Shown one piece after another: positions 15,211 through 29,118 of a DNA stretch of 64,000 bases. The notes beneath the pieces were generated by a model. That model saw only the letters and a list, made by a program, of their open reading frames with translations, was not told the DNA's origin and ran no database searches. The stretch is from Chrysomallon squamiferum (Eukaryota; Animalia; Mollusca). The stretch is taken from NCBI GenBank assembly GCA_012295275.1, contig CM022672.1, positions 27,218,001-27,282,000 on the forward strand. Direction: 5' to 3'. A program made the translations under genes and the position numbers. How positions within the stretch are numbered: the first letter of the stretch is position 1; the number at the start of each line of letters is the position of its first letter.

Positions 15211-16349
15211 TGACCCAGTTATTTTAGTATGGGGTTCACGAAGGACACTCTATAGGCATACATCGATAGAAAGATAACCCTCTGTCGAAGACCTGAATGA
15301 CGTCTGCGCTTTCAGCACTGGTTTGAGAACGATTACGAGATCTGTCTTCCTAAATGCATCCACTCAGCTATTTCAAACTCTCGGCAGTGTTCTACACACC
15401 TGATTTAGCAGAAAAAGCCATGGTATGTACTCTGTTCTCTTTCAGAAGATGTGTATAATACATTAGTAAAATCCATTTCTGCCATTCGACAAGCGTGGCC
15501 TATTATGTAGCGGTTCCAAGCCAGTTTCCTTCATAACAGATCATTATAGAAAAACATAACTTATTAACAACTAATGATATACATACATACATACATACAT
15601 ACACACATACATACATACATATACATATATACATAAACATACATATACCTATATAGACATATACATAGACACAATTATATTTTGTATAATTTTAACGTTA
15701 CAACTTTTAATAAGAAACTCCTTTCTGAAACACGTGTGAGGTTTAATACAAGAAAAAAAGATGATATTGATGGGGATGATGAGAAGGATGATCATATTCA
15801 GAATTTGATGAAGCTTATTTATTTACATACCTATTATGTAATGTGCTTTCATGATGACCAATACTCACACCTCAAAAGCCTAAATTTTTTATTCAAAGGC
15901 ACCCTATTTTCCTTCTTCTTTTGTCTTTTTCATATATAACATTCTAAACTCTGCGTGCAAGAAGCTCGTTGTCTCATTCCAGTAATTTCTGCAGTGCATC
16001 AGTTTAACAAAGGCAAAAACAAATTACAAAACAGCTAAATGAGAGAAGCCAGGCAGTTCAAAATGACGTCATCAGAGATGAAGCCTGCAGCATCAATAAT
16101 TAAATAGTTTTCCAAGCAGAAGCTTTGTGTAGTTCGATTTATAAAAAGGAAAAAACTAAAAACTAAAAAAATGAAACCGAAGAAGAAGAAAACAAACAAA
16201 TGCGAAAAGAAAAAATACTATATAATTTAAATTTTAATTTTGATTTATTTATAACTTCAGGTCAGATAAAAACATTCATGTATGGATGTAAGTACGTACG
16301 TATATATTAATGTATGTATTGTATGTATGTATGTATGTATGTTTGTATG

Positions 16350-16383
<34 letters not shown>

Positions 16384-17892
16384 TGTATGTATGTATCAGT
16401 ATGTATGTATATATGTATATATGTATCATTATGTATGTATGTGTGCATATATGTATGTCTGAATGTATATATGTACGTGTGTATGTATGTATGTTTGTTT
16501 GTATGTATGTATTTGTTTGTATGTATGTATTTGTATGTACGTACGTATGCCTGTAAATATCTATCTACAGGTGAAAAACAAAAATAATAAATTACACACA
16601 CACAACACACACAAACATACACACATTTATATAAAATAAAACGTAAAGAAAGGAGAACAGTAATAAACAAACAAACAAACGAATAAGTAAATAAATAAAT
16701 AAATAAGTAATGTTCAGAGTAGGGAGTATACGCCCTTTCTGTAACCTGACGAAGTATTGAAGATTATGTGGATATACTCAGGTTTTACAAGATAAATGAG
16801 TGATTTATTATTTTAAGTACTCTTATTGAAGCAGATAAAACTAATATACCAGGCCCAGTTTATTTCATAACAACGTTACCAGGCTTGTTGTCTCTTTGTT
16901 TGATTCAGGACACGATTAATCGATCGTTTTTTCTTTCTGGGAACTTTTCCCACTGCTTGCCTTTTGCTGACTGTGTACACGTAATGTCAGAAAGACAGAC
17001 AGATGAAGATACACTGACAGACAGACAGACAGACTGATATAAAGGTAGATGCATAAATGCAATATGTGACTGACAGGTCATCATCATACGCACACATACT
17101 TTAAAGACAGGTAGATGGAGGGAGAGACTTTAAAATACACATAAAGTTACAGATTTGCAGTGTAATTTTAGTATAATAGCACAACAACAACCATAACTAC
17201 ATTACTGTTATGGTTGTTCCGTTATGTTTTCTGTTCAGCAAGTGTTCGATCCTATTCTTTTTTTTTTAAACATTGACACGTATGGTGAATGTTACAGAGT
17301 GAACTTATGGAATGTCGCTCACCCTTCTGTACTTATTTTTGTCGCTCTCTTTCCCATTGCACCTCAATCCATTCTGTTTTGTATCATGATATATTATGTG
17401 TGGGTGCACAGTCCTGTCTCAGAACAACTGCAACAGTATTTCACAACGGGACAGAAACAAAAATAGTTTTCTTTTATGGTCTTTGATTATATTACTGAGT
17501 ATGTATCTGTAGTGAATTTGCAATATTTAATGAGAATGGAACACACAGGAATATATGCACCTGCATGTACATGATCATTATCTCTTTCCTCTTCATGTGT
17601 GTGTGTGTGTGTGTGGGGGGTTCACTATAAAACACAAAAATCATAGCAAATCTTTTCAAATAACGTTCAAGAAAAAAAATTAAGCAGGGTGAAATTAACA
17701 TAATTAGAACTGATATATTTTACTTGGTTGACAGGTACTTACATTTACTAGACAAGCGACAACACCTGAATCTACAACATTGACCCACATAGCTGCAGTA
17801 AAGAAGAGTTCCAGGTTATGATAAAAAAAAAAAAAAATTGTTATCTGAGACTTTCTTATTCGCCTGAAGGACACTGCGAACTTTATTTAAGG

Positions 17893-17923
<31 letters not shown>

Positions 17924-18692
17924 CCCCTTTTTTTATGAATATAATATTACTGAAAAAAGTTTTGTATATAGTACTACGTAGGTGGATAGAGAGACAGAGA
18001 GACAGGCGTAAAGGACACAAAATAAAAGAGTAATAAACAGAGTAAGATTGAGTGTAAGAGATAACAGAGAACAATAGAAACAGAATTACTTACGTGAGGT
18101 GGATAGAGAGAGAGAGAGAATCAGATTCGTCAAAGGTCTAGGATTACAAAAATAAACTCATATAAACATAGCAAGGACGAAAACGCACAGATATTTTTAT
18201 ACACAAATGTAACCACGTTTGTCTAATTTACAAGACTCATATCCATTGCTGTGTATACTACCTACATATATATATATACACTTAAATCGGAATGATGTGT
18301 TTTGCAATCATTTCTATGTTATGATTACCTAGGTTATCAGTTGCATAAGGATTGCCTAAATTTCCTGAAAACTGGGAAAATACAGAAAATACTTCCTATA
18401 TCTGCATTACAAAATTTTCACATAACATAACCATCAGAATAATCAGAGACCGTGGAAGTAAATATATTGATCAAGGTATAACACATGTTACAGGCTGATG
18501 TTGAATATACATTGTTTGGTGAATGTTGTAGGCTGTGTTCAGTGCTTGTACTCTGGAAGATGAACATCGTCCTTGCTGACTTATTATTTAAGTGAAATAT
18601 AAGCACTAAAATCAATACAATAACGTAACAAAACCTCCATAAGTCAAAAACCTTGACTACGCGAAAACTGAACAAATTATAACACAGAATTC

Positions 18693-18789
<97 letters not shown>

Positions 18790-19242
18790 ATATTCCCTTT
18801 AATTAGATTTTTCTCACCGAACAATTTCATTTTTGCATCTGAACTGTTACGTTAGCTTCCTTCACTTGCATTTCAGAGATCTTAGGTGTTTACATAATTA
18901 TGTCTAAAATAAATGGTTGTGTAAATTTATTAATTTTTAAATTATTTTCATTGTTGTTTAAAAATATTTATATATAATTCACGAAATAGTGAAATAAGTA
19001 GGCAATAAAATAGTCTGAAATGCAGTGTATATTTGCGGAGTGTTAAATTGTATTAGCTGTGTTATTAAATAGCTGAAATAAAATATTCTTAGTTTCAGCC
19101 ATTTGCTGAATACGTTGGTTTCTACTTACAAGGTGTCAACTTAATAAATAATTCTCACAATATCGTTTAGAAAGTTTGGATAATTTCCAGAATATACTCT
19201 TTATTTAAACCAGCAAAGAATATAAATTTAAATAAATAAATA

Positions 19243-19286
<44 letters not shown>

Positions 19287-21296
19287 AAAAAGAAAGAAAA
19301 GAAAAGAAAAAAAAAAAAAAAAAAAAAAAAAAGAATTTGAAAAGATGACTGTTTGACGTGCACTATTTTCACTGCCTGTTCAAACTTTATTGTGATTTAT
19401 TCATAGAAATGAAAGAAAACAAACTGGAATAATAATAATAATAAGAAGAAGAAGAAGAAGAAGAAGAAGCAGAAAAGAGCGAAGAAGAAGAAAGATTTTT
19501 AGAAAGATTTTATTAAGTAAAAATGAAATCTGCTGATGTGCAGGTCGTAGAAAACTTGTAAGACTGAATGGAGTCGTGCAGGGAGATCTGCTTGTTCAAA
19601 CAGAACGAGTGACATTCCAGAGCGTTCCACAAACGTGGCCTAGCACAAGTCATAAACGATCTGAGACATCCGCTTTTGTATTGTTAGGAGACGCCGGCAA
19701 AGAAGTACTCCGCACAAACCACTTTCTCTTATCACATTTGACCCAGCGGCCTGCGAACAGAAAACAAAAGTCACTGAGTGTTACATATTTTGATGTTGCA
19801 GCAAGCAATGTTGAATCACTCTTATTTTGCTTTCTATGTATTCTGTTTTCGTTTTCTTTTCAGCTCGAAACCAGAGCCGATTGGCTGATTCATCTACCGA
19901 TATCGCGAGGCTTTCTTAACATTTTTTTTTATATGTAATTTTTTATATATCATGTTTTATCAAGTTCTCAAGGTTTTTTTGTTGAGAATTGGGCCTTATC
20001 TCTGAGGTTATGAGTCTGACATTAGTTAAAATGGGCCTGTCACTTCCACACGACTACTTACACAAACTGAGGGAATGTGCAGTTAAAAGGCTGCTTCCTG
20101 CGAATGGTTCATTCAGGCATCAAACCGTAGCTTTGTACAAGATGATAACAGCATGATGACATGTGTTTTATTTTTCACGCTTTTTTATATATTCAGTATT
20201 GTTCCTTAAAAAATATTATTACCCCCCCCAAAAAAAAAAAAAACAGATAAATGAATAAATAAATAATTAAAATAAAAAAGTAGTAAAAAAAAAATCCTTT
20301 TCTTTTTTATTTAAAAAAAAAATAATAATAATAAAAAAAAATATATCTTTTATTATGTTTCAGTATTTATTTTCCTTTAACACAAACAATAATAAATGAG
20401 CATGAAAAAAAAAAAAAAAAAAATCAGAACTGTTATTATTACTTTTTTATTTATTTATTTTTATTTTTATTTTTATTTATTTTTTTCTTACGCATTCCCA
20501 AACTGTTTTGGCAAGCAAAAAATCCCCAGCTAAGTTATTAACTCGGAAGGCCACCCCATCATGTATCGTTGAAGGTCCAGCACACCGATGAATATTTATT
20601 CTGATACTATTGTCCAACACAGCGGGGAGTGCAACATGTGGAAACATAAGTGCTGAATAGTATTTTTGTTATGATGTTAACGTCACAGAGCTGCAGGGCA
20701 CAGCAAATCACTCGTGCGTGACCACCGGCTTCAATCCCCAGGCACCGCTTTTCTCCGTCCGAGGTGACTAATTATAGGTAGATACGTCGCTCCTGTTATT
20801 CCAGTTTTGCTGGCGTGCGTGAAAATCTTTTTAAACCGCCTGGGTCGCATGATTCGTGCTCTGAAGGTGAAAATGGCAGCCAGGAAAGAAAAAATGTTTT
20901 AAGACTTTTTAATGCTAAATTCAATGAATTAAAAGTGTGCAAACTGATTTAATACGGGCACAGAGTAGTTAGATTGTTTGTGTAGTCCTTTTTTGTGCGT
21001 TTGTGTGTGCTTGCCAAAATAAATAGATAATAATAATAAATATATATATATATATATATATAATAAGTAAATAAATAAATAAAATAAGGCAGAGAAGAGA
21101 GAGAGGGGAGATATAAATGGGAGAGGTAATAGAGAAGCCGAAATGGATACTGCAAATAAAATAGTTTACTTGAATGATTTGTCAAGTTCGTTGTAATAAA
21201 TCTAGCTACGTATTATGCAAGCTAGGAGTAGCTAGGTGTCTGAAATTAAATAGACATTTTTTTGTGTAATTCACAGCCTACACATATATTCCTAAA

Positions 21297-21480
21297 GACA
21301 CTTATCTATACTGTCTAGAGATACTTATCTATACTGTCTAGAGACGCTTGTCTACACTGTCTAGAGATACTTGTCTACACTGTCTAGAGACACTTGTCTA
21401 TACTGTCTATCGATACTTGTCTACACTGTCTAGAGATACTTGTCTACACTGTCTAGAGACGCTTGTCTATACTGTCTATC
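21297..21480. repeat. 23-bp minisatellite, about 8 units
   Basis: Unit GATACTTGTCTACACTGTCTAGA; CTAGAGA at 21361 and 21384. Confidence 0.92.
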
Positions 21481-23124
21481 CTGTTAATTAATAGCTCATA
21501 GATGTTCTGCATTTAATATTTATCTTTTATCATGAACGTAAAAAACATTTGTTTGTTTTTTGGTGTGTTTTTTTTTTACAGTCGTAAGTTTAAAATTCAC
21601 TCATTCATCAACAAAAATAGACGAAAATTCCTAAAACGTATTCGTGCATATGCAAAGAGAAATTAAATATCTTGCTGTTTCAGTTGCTGTTATGAAAATT
21701 AGCTGTTATTATGAATGATTCAACACCTTCCAGTCGCTACCGGTCGTCACGTATTATTTTATATTTCATAGATATACACTGTATATCTAGTCAGGTCATC
21801 TGATCTACTTTTCGGTTAACAGTATCAGTTTACCATCGTGTTTCTTGCAACATGTATACAATACAATTTTTACTACAACTGTAGCATTCATACGAAGTAA
21901 ATGCAGGAACAATAGAAGCGATTTTCAAAAGACAAAAATACAATCTTTATGAATGAAATATTTTGCATCAAAATTATGATAAAAAAAAAAAAATAATAAT
22001 AATGATAATAAAATTAAAATAATAAAACGTTAAGGAAAAAGGATAATAAAAGTTAAAAAAAAAAAAAAAAAAAAAAAACCTACTCACGGCAAAAGCAGAC
22101 ACTGATACAATTGTCCTTTTTATCAAGAATTCGTTTGCTAAGAATGTTACCCCTTATTCATCACAGTAAATGACAAAAAGATCTATTTACTGTTACCAGC
22201 TTAACGCCCTCTGTCTATTTACAGTTCGGACTACAGAACAGAACGTCTGGGGACCTCCATTCACTGTGTTTTGTTTGAATTGATGGTACTGCTACAGAAA
22301 CCAGTAACAACAGACCTTATCTTGTCGTCTTTATAACGAACGTCTCTTATATGCTGTCGTATTTAAAAAAGTAGGAAAAAAAGGCATTTTCCGGTGATAT
22401 TCTTGGATAAAAGCGTAATCATAAAAAAAAAGAAAAAAGAAAGATGCATAAATAGCCGCACATTTTAAAAACAAACATCACACATGTACACAGCACAAAC
22501 ACACAAAGTAACAGACGCAAAAACTAAGAAAAGAAATGTCAGAGAGAACAAGTTTATCATTTATCGACAGACTTTAACCTGCGACCTGGATTCAGAGTAA
22601 TTCTTTTCTTGCTTCGAAACTGGTATAAATAACCATTTAAATCTGTCTACGTGTAAAACTGGTGTCTAAAAAAACACCGAAACGAAAAACCTGCTACACC
22701 GGGTTATCTTCTTTAGCAAAATAAAAAATAGATTTTTTTTTATTTACTCTTCATGTTTTCAAAATCACGAGTGACATAAGTTTAAAATAACAATAATAAC
22801 AGTGAAAGACGAGTTATCGCAAACATCAGAAAAGTTGAAGGTAGTACTTTTTGTAGAGTGACACAGCAGAAACACAGTGCATGCTTATAGTCACTCTTTG
22901 CGCATGTTACCTGCTCATATACTATTTTATTCGTGGGAGAATTTTCACGAGTATGTTAATATTGAGCTACTCAAGAATGAAGGCTGAAAACGTTTAATAT
23001 AATTTATCAAACTCACGACTCACTGCATAAATCTGACAGGAACCGTGATCGAATCTAGATAACTGCAACCACTACTCAGAGATAACTGCTTGACATGTGC
23101 CTGTATATAACAACAGTAAATACT

Positions 23125-23214
<90 letters not shown>

Positions 23215-23217
<3 letters not shown>

Positions 23218-23269
23218 GTGTGAGAAAGTCACCTTCTCTGTTTTTCTGAAGGTGACTTTCTCACACCCA
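23215..23269. repeat. Perfect 22-bp inverted repeat (hairpin) with 11-nt loop
   Basis: TGGGTGTGAGAAAGTCACCTTC (23215-23236) pairs with GAAGGTGACTTTCTCACACCCA (23248-23269). Confidence 0.95.
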
Positions 23270-24635
23270 CGCCTTCACCTCTCCACTCTTAGTCTGCCTC
23301 CTTTCTCTACACTACAAAACACTTTTATTTTGTTTTGTTTTACTTTCATTGCATGGTCGATTCTTGTACCTTTTTTCTGAATAATATAGATACCAATGTA
23401 TTTTACAGGCTTATTAACTGGAAGAATATTAAAAGCGTGTTGTAAATATTATTTTTATTCATGTATATGAAAGTTACAGTCCAAGAATTTCCAGGATCAT
23501 GTATGGCAATGGTTTATTATTATTTTATTTAAATAAAAAAGAACAATGAAAAAAATGAAAAATGAAAATGGGAAACAAAAAAACCCAAGCAGTTCCAATA
23601 ACAACAACACAGTAACAACATAATAATAATTTTTGGATATGCATGTGTGTGTATGTGTGTTGTATAAACCAATAACATCTATATATATATATATGGTTAA
23701 GATAAATAATATATTATTTCTTGTTTATTTTATTTATTTTCATGCTGTTATTTTTGTTTCTTTGTTTTCCAAAAAGAACACACAGAAATAAACAAAAAAA
23801 TATTTAATTATATTTCTTAAATGAACCAGCAGCAGTATTATGCACACTGATATCGTGTGTCCCAGATTTTGCAATTTCATCGTACTTCTTCCAGTAAAAT
23901 GAACAACAACAGAAAATTTCATAATCTTTGATTAAAGACAAGACAAGACAGAACACGCCACTGTCACGTGTGATGTACCAGCGGGTGCACGAAGTTTACA
24001 CAGACTGCAGTCACATCAAAGAAATTAGCTTCTCGCTGCTTCTGTGTGAAAACTTCGTGATTAAGTTACAGAGTCTGAATGGGAAGAAGAAACAGGACTC
24101 ATGAAAGAAGCTGACTTCTTGGTGTTTCTCAGTGACACGTAATCTGGAACGTAATAAGGCTTTGTTCTGACTTCACTTCAGGTCTCATTACGTCATGTCA
24201 TTTGTATTATTATTATTATTATTATTATTATCGTTAAGTATGTTATAACATAACAACAACAACAACAATAAAGAAAGATAGAAATGAATAAATAAAGAAA
24301 GAAAGAAAGAATCCAAGAAAGAAAACCCAGACAAAACCTGTATCTATCACTGTAAATATCATTGCTTCTGGCCTGTCATTCTTTTTTCTGTTCTCAGTAT
24401 ATCTTATCTATCTGTTTGTCTCTCTACATGCCCACTTACTTACCTGCCTGCCTACCTTTCAGTCCATCTATCTACCTATCTCTCTAACTCTCTACTTACC
24501 GACCTACCTAGCTATCTGTCTGTCTATCTATCTATATATCTATATATCTATCTATCTATATCTATCTATCTATCTATCTATATCTATCTATCTATCTATA
24601 TATCTATATATATATATATATATTATCAAATTATC

Positions 24636-24962
24636 ATATTATCAAAAATTTATTTTTTGTTTTGTGAATCTCTTTTTTTTATTTCATATTCATGTCAGAG
24701 ACAGACAGACAGACATACTGACAGACAGACAGATATATATACATATACTGAGTTTTTCTTTCACTGCATGGTCGATTTTTGAACCTTTTTTCTGAATAAT
24801 ATAGATACCAATGTATTTTACAGGCTTATTAACTGGAAGAATATTAAAATACATATGTATATATATCTGTGTGTCTGTCAGTATGTCTGTCTCTCTGTCT
24901 CTGACATGAATATGAAATTAAAAAAAGATTTCACAAAACAAAAAATAAATTTTTGATAATAT
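24636..24962. repeat. About 110-bp inverted repeat enclosing a 92-bp duplicate of 23343-23434
   Basis: Arms 24636-24746 and 24853-24962 are near reverse complements; spacer 24758-24849 matches 23343-23434 with 3 substitutions. Confidence 0.9.
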
Positions 24963-25544
24963 TATGAAATAAATTCAGCGAGGTTACATACATAGTGACA
25001 AACAAATTATAAATTGGTCTCCTACTCATGTTAAAGAGTGAGGGTGGATGGTGGGTGGTTTTGTTCCTACGTTTTATTAGAGTCAGCTGGCTCTCATAGT
25101 ATTCCTCTATTGCACAGTGTACGTAGGTGGGAAAGTACTTTTGTTTCCTTTTGTAGGGAAAAAAACTCCAAAAACATTCATGTGGGTGAGGTACTTGTTT
25201 CTTATCACTAAGTCATGAATATCTTCTGTTATTCTTCACCGTCAACCCTTATCACCCCACTTCATGTCACACTAACCTTGTTTCAACACAAAATGGAATC
25301 CAAATCCTTTCCTGCACAAACTCGAGACAAATTACGTGCTGCCTCGATAATAAAAACAACAGTTAAACTTAATTTGTAAATTAAACCATCTTCTGCTATC
25401 TGCTTTCACTTGTATCCACTGCTCTGAGCAGAAACAATTAGCAGCATACCACACTTCTCTGAATGTAACTGCTAATGTGTGACCAGATGATGTACGTAAA
25501 TCTCTCAGAATTTACTTCTTTCTGTCTTTGTTGGCTTTAGAGTT

Positions 25545-25655
<111 letters not shown>

Positions 25656-26360
25656 CACATATACACACATGCACACACACAAGTCCATTTCAGTGGCAGT
25701 GTGTGCAAATAACTGGATATATATGTATATATATATATATTATATACTTTCCTTATCATTTTGATATGCATTTTTTTTTTTTAGTCGTATGACCAGCTAA
25801 AACAAATACGGCGACGAAGAAGAAGAAGAAAAAAAATTCACTCGCTGCTGTCAAAACTTTCGATGACTACTTTTACTCCACTCAGTAAACAAAAGAAAAT
25901 GGCCTTTTCGTTGAGCCACTCGTAACGTGTGTACAGAGACACTCGTCTTTAATTAAACCTCACAAAAGCGTTAAACTGGTCAAATTTGGAGGTGTTTTGT
26001 TACTTATAAAACTGTGTTTGAACAGACTGGCAGGTCTGTGCACTCGAATGCACTGCCGCCTACGCTGTGACATGTTAGCATTCCGGGCCCCGAGCTGCAC
26101 TGCCAGCAAACTGAAAACTGCGACAAACAAGTCTAAAGGTGTGTACACACGGTGTGATTTCTTTTCATAACTAGGACATGAAAAGGTCAAGAGAAACTTT
26201 TGATTTTTTTTTTTATATCAGTTTTTTAATCCACTGTCTGTTAATGTATTTCACTCATTTTATTATTTATGATATATATATATGCATCTATGTATGCATG
26301 TGTGTGTGTGTATGCATGTATATATGTATGTGTGTGTATATATGCATGTGTGTGTGGGTC

Positions 26361-26409
<49 letters not shown>

Positions 26410-26503
26410 TATATATAGGTATTGTGACTAAATTAAAGAAGAAATACAAAACCAAAAGTAAATCATTCGTTGGACCATGTGCTAAAATACACACACACAG
26501 ACT

Positions 26504-26651
<148 letters not shown>

Positions 26652-27015
26652 AATTGTATACCTTTATCTTAGCTATTACTATGATATGATATACAGTTTC
26701 TGAATTGTTGTAGATAATCGCGCAGTGCAAACGCAGCTTCACTAGCTTTATCTTGGGTGTGTTTGTGAAACGAATTTGCCGTCTGCTTGCACACCAACCA
26801 CCTGAGGAATTTAGGCCGCGTGTTTTTCCTTTTGGTTCAGTGTGCAGATATTTGTGTATATTCCGTAATCTCGTAAAGGTGGAAACGTATATGTAAATTC
26901 TTGACAGCACTGAATGTCATGATTCAGAAAATAGATTTCATTAAACACAGTGCAAAAGGGTTACCGGAATGATACTTTAGATATGACGTTCTGCTCAAAT
27001 TAAGTAATTATATCA

Positions 27016-27114
<99 letters not shown>

Positions 27115-28049
27115 TAATATAAATACCGTTGATCCTAACAAAATATATTAATTTTCTTTTAATCAGGCACGTGTACATTTGTTTAAATATTTCTGCTTAG
27201 GAGTGCTTGCGTGGGTGCATGCTCATGTACCTTAACGGACAAACCTGAACTGAAGTAATAAACCTAAATTTCATGTCTGTACCACGACGCTGTTTAATAC
27301 GTAGCCTTCCTGCCCATTATCTGTATAATTTTAACCGGTTTTTAACGCAGTTCTGTATAACAAAAACATATATCATTTCCCAGATGAATGCACAGGCCGA
27401 CAGCCATCTTTAAATCATTATTAGCCTGTCTAACTTGCCGGGAGATGTATTCCCCATATCACAATGGAAATATGTTTTCGCAAAATAAACTGAAATCCTT
27501 CAATATTACATTGAAAGTCAATCTACGTTCCGTGCATTTTCTAAAAAGAATTTTACTTTTAAATTTTTCTAATAATTTTAGTGATTAATTTAAATGGTCA
27601 GATCTTAAGATCTATTTAAAAACCTTTGAACTGTTGAAATAAAAAATCAGTTAATGCGACCTACATACATATATATATATATATATATACACACATACAC
27701 ATACTGATACATACATACCTACATATATACATACATTTATACATACATACTCATACTGATACATACATACCTACATACATACATGCATACATACAAACAT
27801 AAATACATATATCTACGAGCATACGTATTTGCATACATAACTACAGATATACATACTTGCATACATACATATACACATATACATACGTGAATGTACAAAC
27901 CTGTGTATCAAATATTTTTCTTAAATACAAGTTAAAGTATGCACATATTTAAAGACACATTCAAGCAAAAATATTGAAAATGAATAAATAAATAGCTGTT
28001 AAAAATAATGAATGTTTCTATGACATTAAGAACGCCTTTCAAAAGTAGA

Positions 28050-28111
28050 TGACGTCACAAATGATTCTCATTAGAATCGGTGATTGTTGCTAAGGTGTCT
28101 GACGTCACAAA
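28050..28111. promoter_or_regulatory. Paired CRE (TGACGTCA) sites flanking an X-box-like half site; candidate enhancer
   Basis: TGACGTCACAAA at 28050 and at 28100, exactly 50 bp apart; GTTGCTAAGG at 28086-28095 between them. Confidence 0.45.
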
Positions 28112-28461
28112 ATACGTGGTAGCCTCAAGACTCGTCTTTCAAATTATGTTTTTGGTTTTACTGTCACTTTCCGGGTCACTCATAACCACCTGTATTTTGT
28201 CAAGCATTTGCCTTTGGGCTAGGCTTTGTATACACCTTCTTTAGTCTACATTTCAATCTACATTAACTTTAAAGTGTGTGTGGGAGTAACCGTGAGAGAA
28301 AATGAATTTAACAACAACAACATGAGCGATAGTGATAGCAAAAACAACAACAACAACAACAACAATAATTATTATTATTGTTGTTGTTAAATAATATATT
28401 GATAATGATAATAATAAAATAATGCATATCAGTAAAAATAATGATATAAATTAACGATAAC

Positions 28462-28567
<106 letters not shown>

Positions 28568-29087
28568 AGCTACCATCCTACCATCGTTTGTATCTACTAT
28601 CACATACACATATGCGTGCACCGACACTTTAACGCTAGAACAAATTTCTTAATTTACCTTTATTGGTCAGCAAGGATTCGCCAGACATTTTTAATGATTT
28701 CTTTTGTAAATTAACCACTATTGACTTTTCGTCTGCCCATTTTCACCATCTTTTTATTGTGGTGGGGTCTTCAGACGTGACAGTTCAAATCACTGGATCC
28801 CATGTTCTGCACTTTTTGTCCGTCTGGAGAGAAGGTTATTGTTTTCTTTCTTTTTGTTTTTCACGTCTGTTCTCAGCATTCATTCGACTGTAATAATTGT
28901 TAATTAGAAATTATCATGGTTAATTGAGTGATGATATTCATCTAACCACTACTTCTGCTGCTGCTGCTGCTGCTGCTGCTACTACTACTACTACTATTAC
29001 CAGTACTGCTACTGCTACTACTACATGTTAATTAGAAATAATCTCGGTGCACTGAGTGATAATATACATTTAACACCTAACAATCTA

Positions 29088-29118
<31 letters not shown>

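Noticed and set aside
14992-15213. ORF with repeated VRVRLYVFGRLK, resembling an antimicrobial peptide
   Set aside because: It is the translation of a 36-bp minisatellite, starts at TTG, and has no signal peptide or exon context.
15961-15985. GAAGCTCGTT matching the 5' end of miR-993 (and TCACCGGGTA at 35940 resembling miR-36)
   Set aside because: Only about 10 nt match and I see no complementary hairpin arm.
21297-21480. Regular 23-bp repeat, superficially CRISPR-like
   Set aside because: Units are contiguous with no unique spacers; eukaryotic context; no cas genes.
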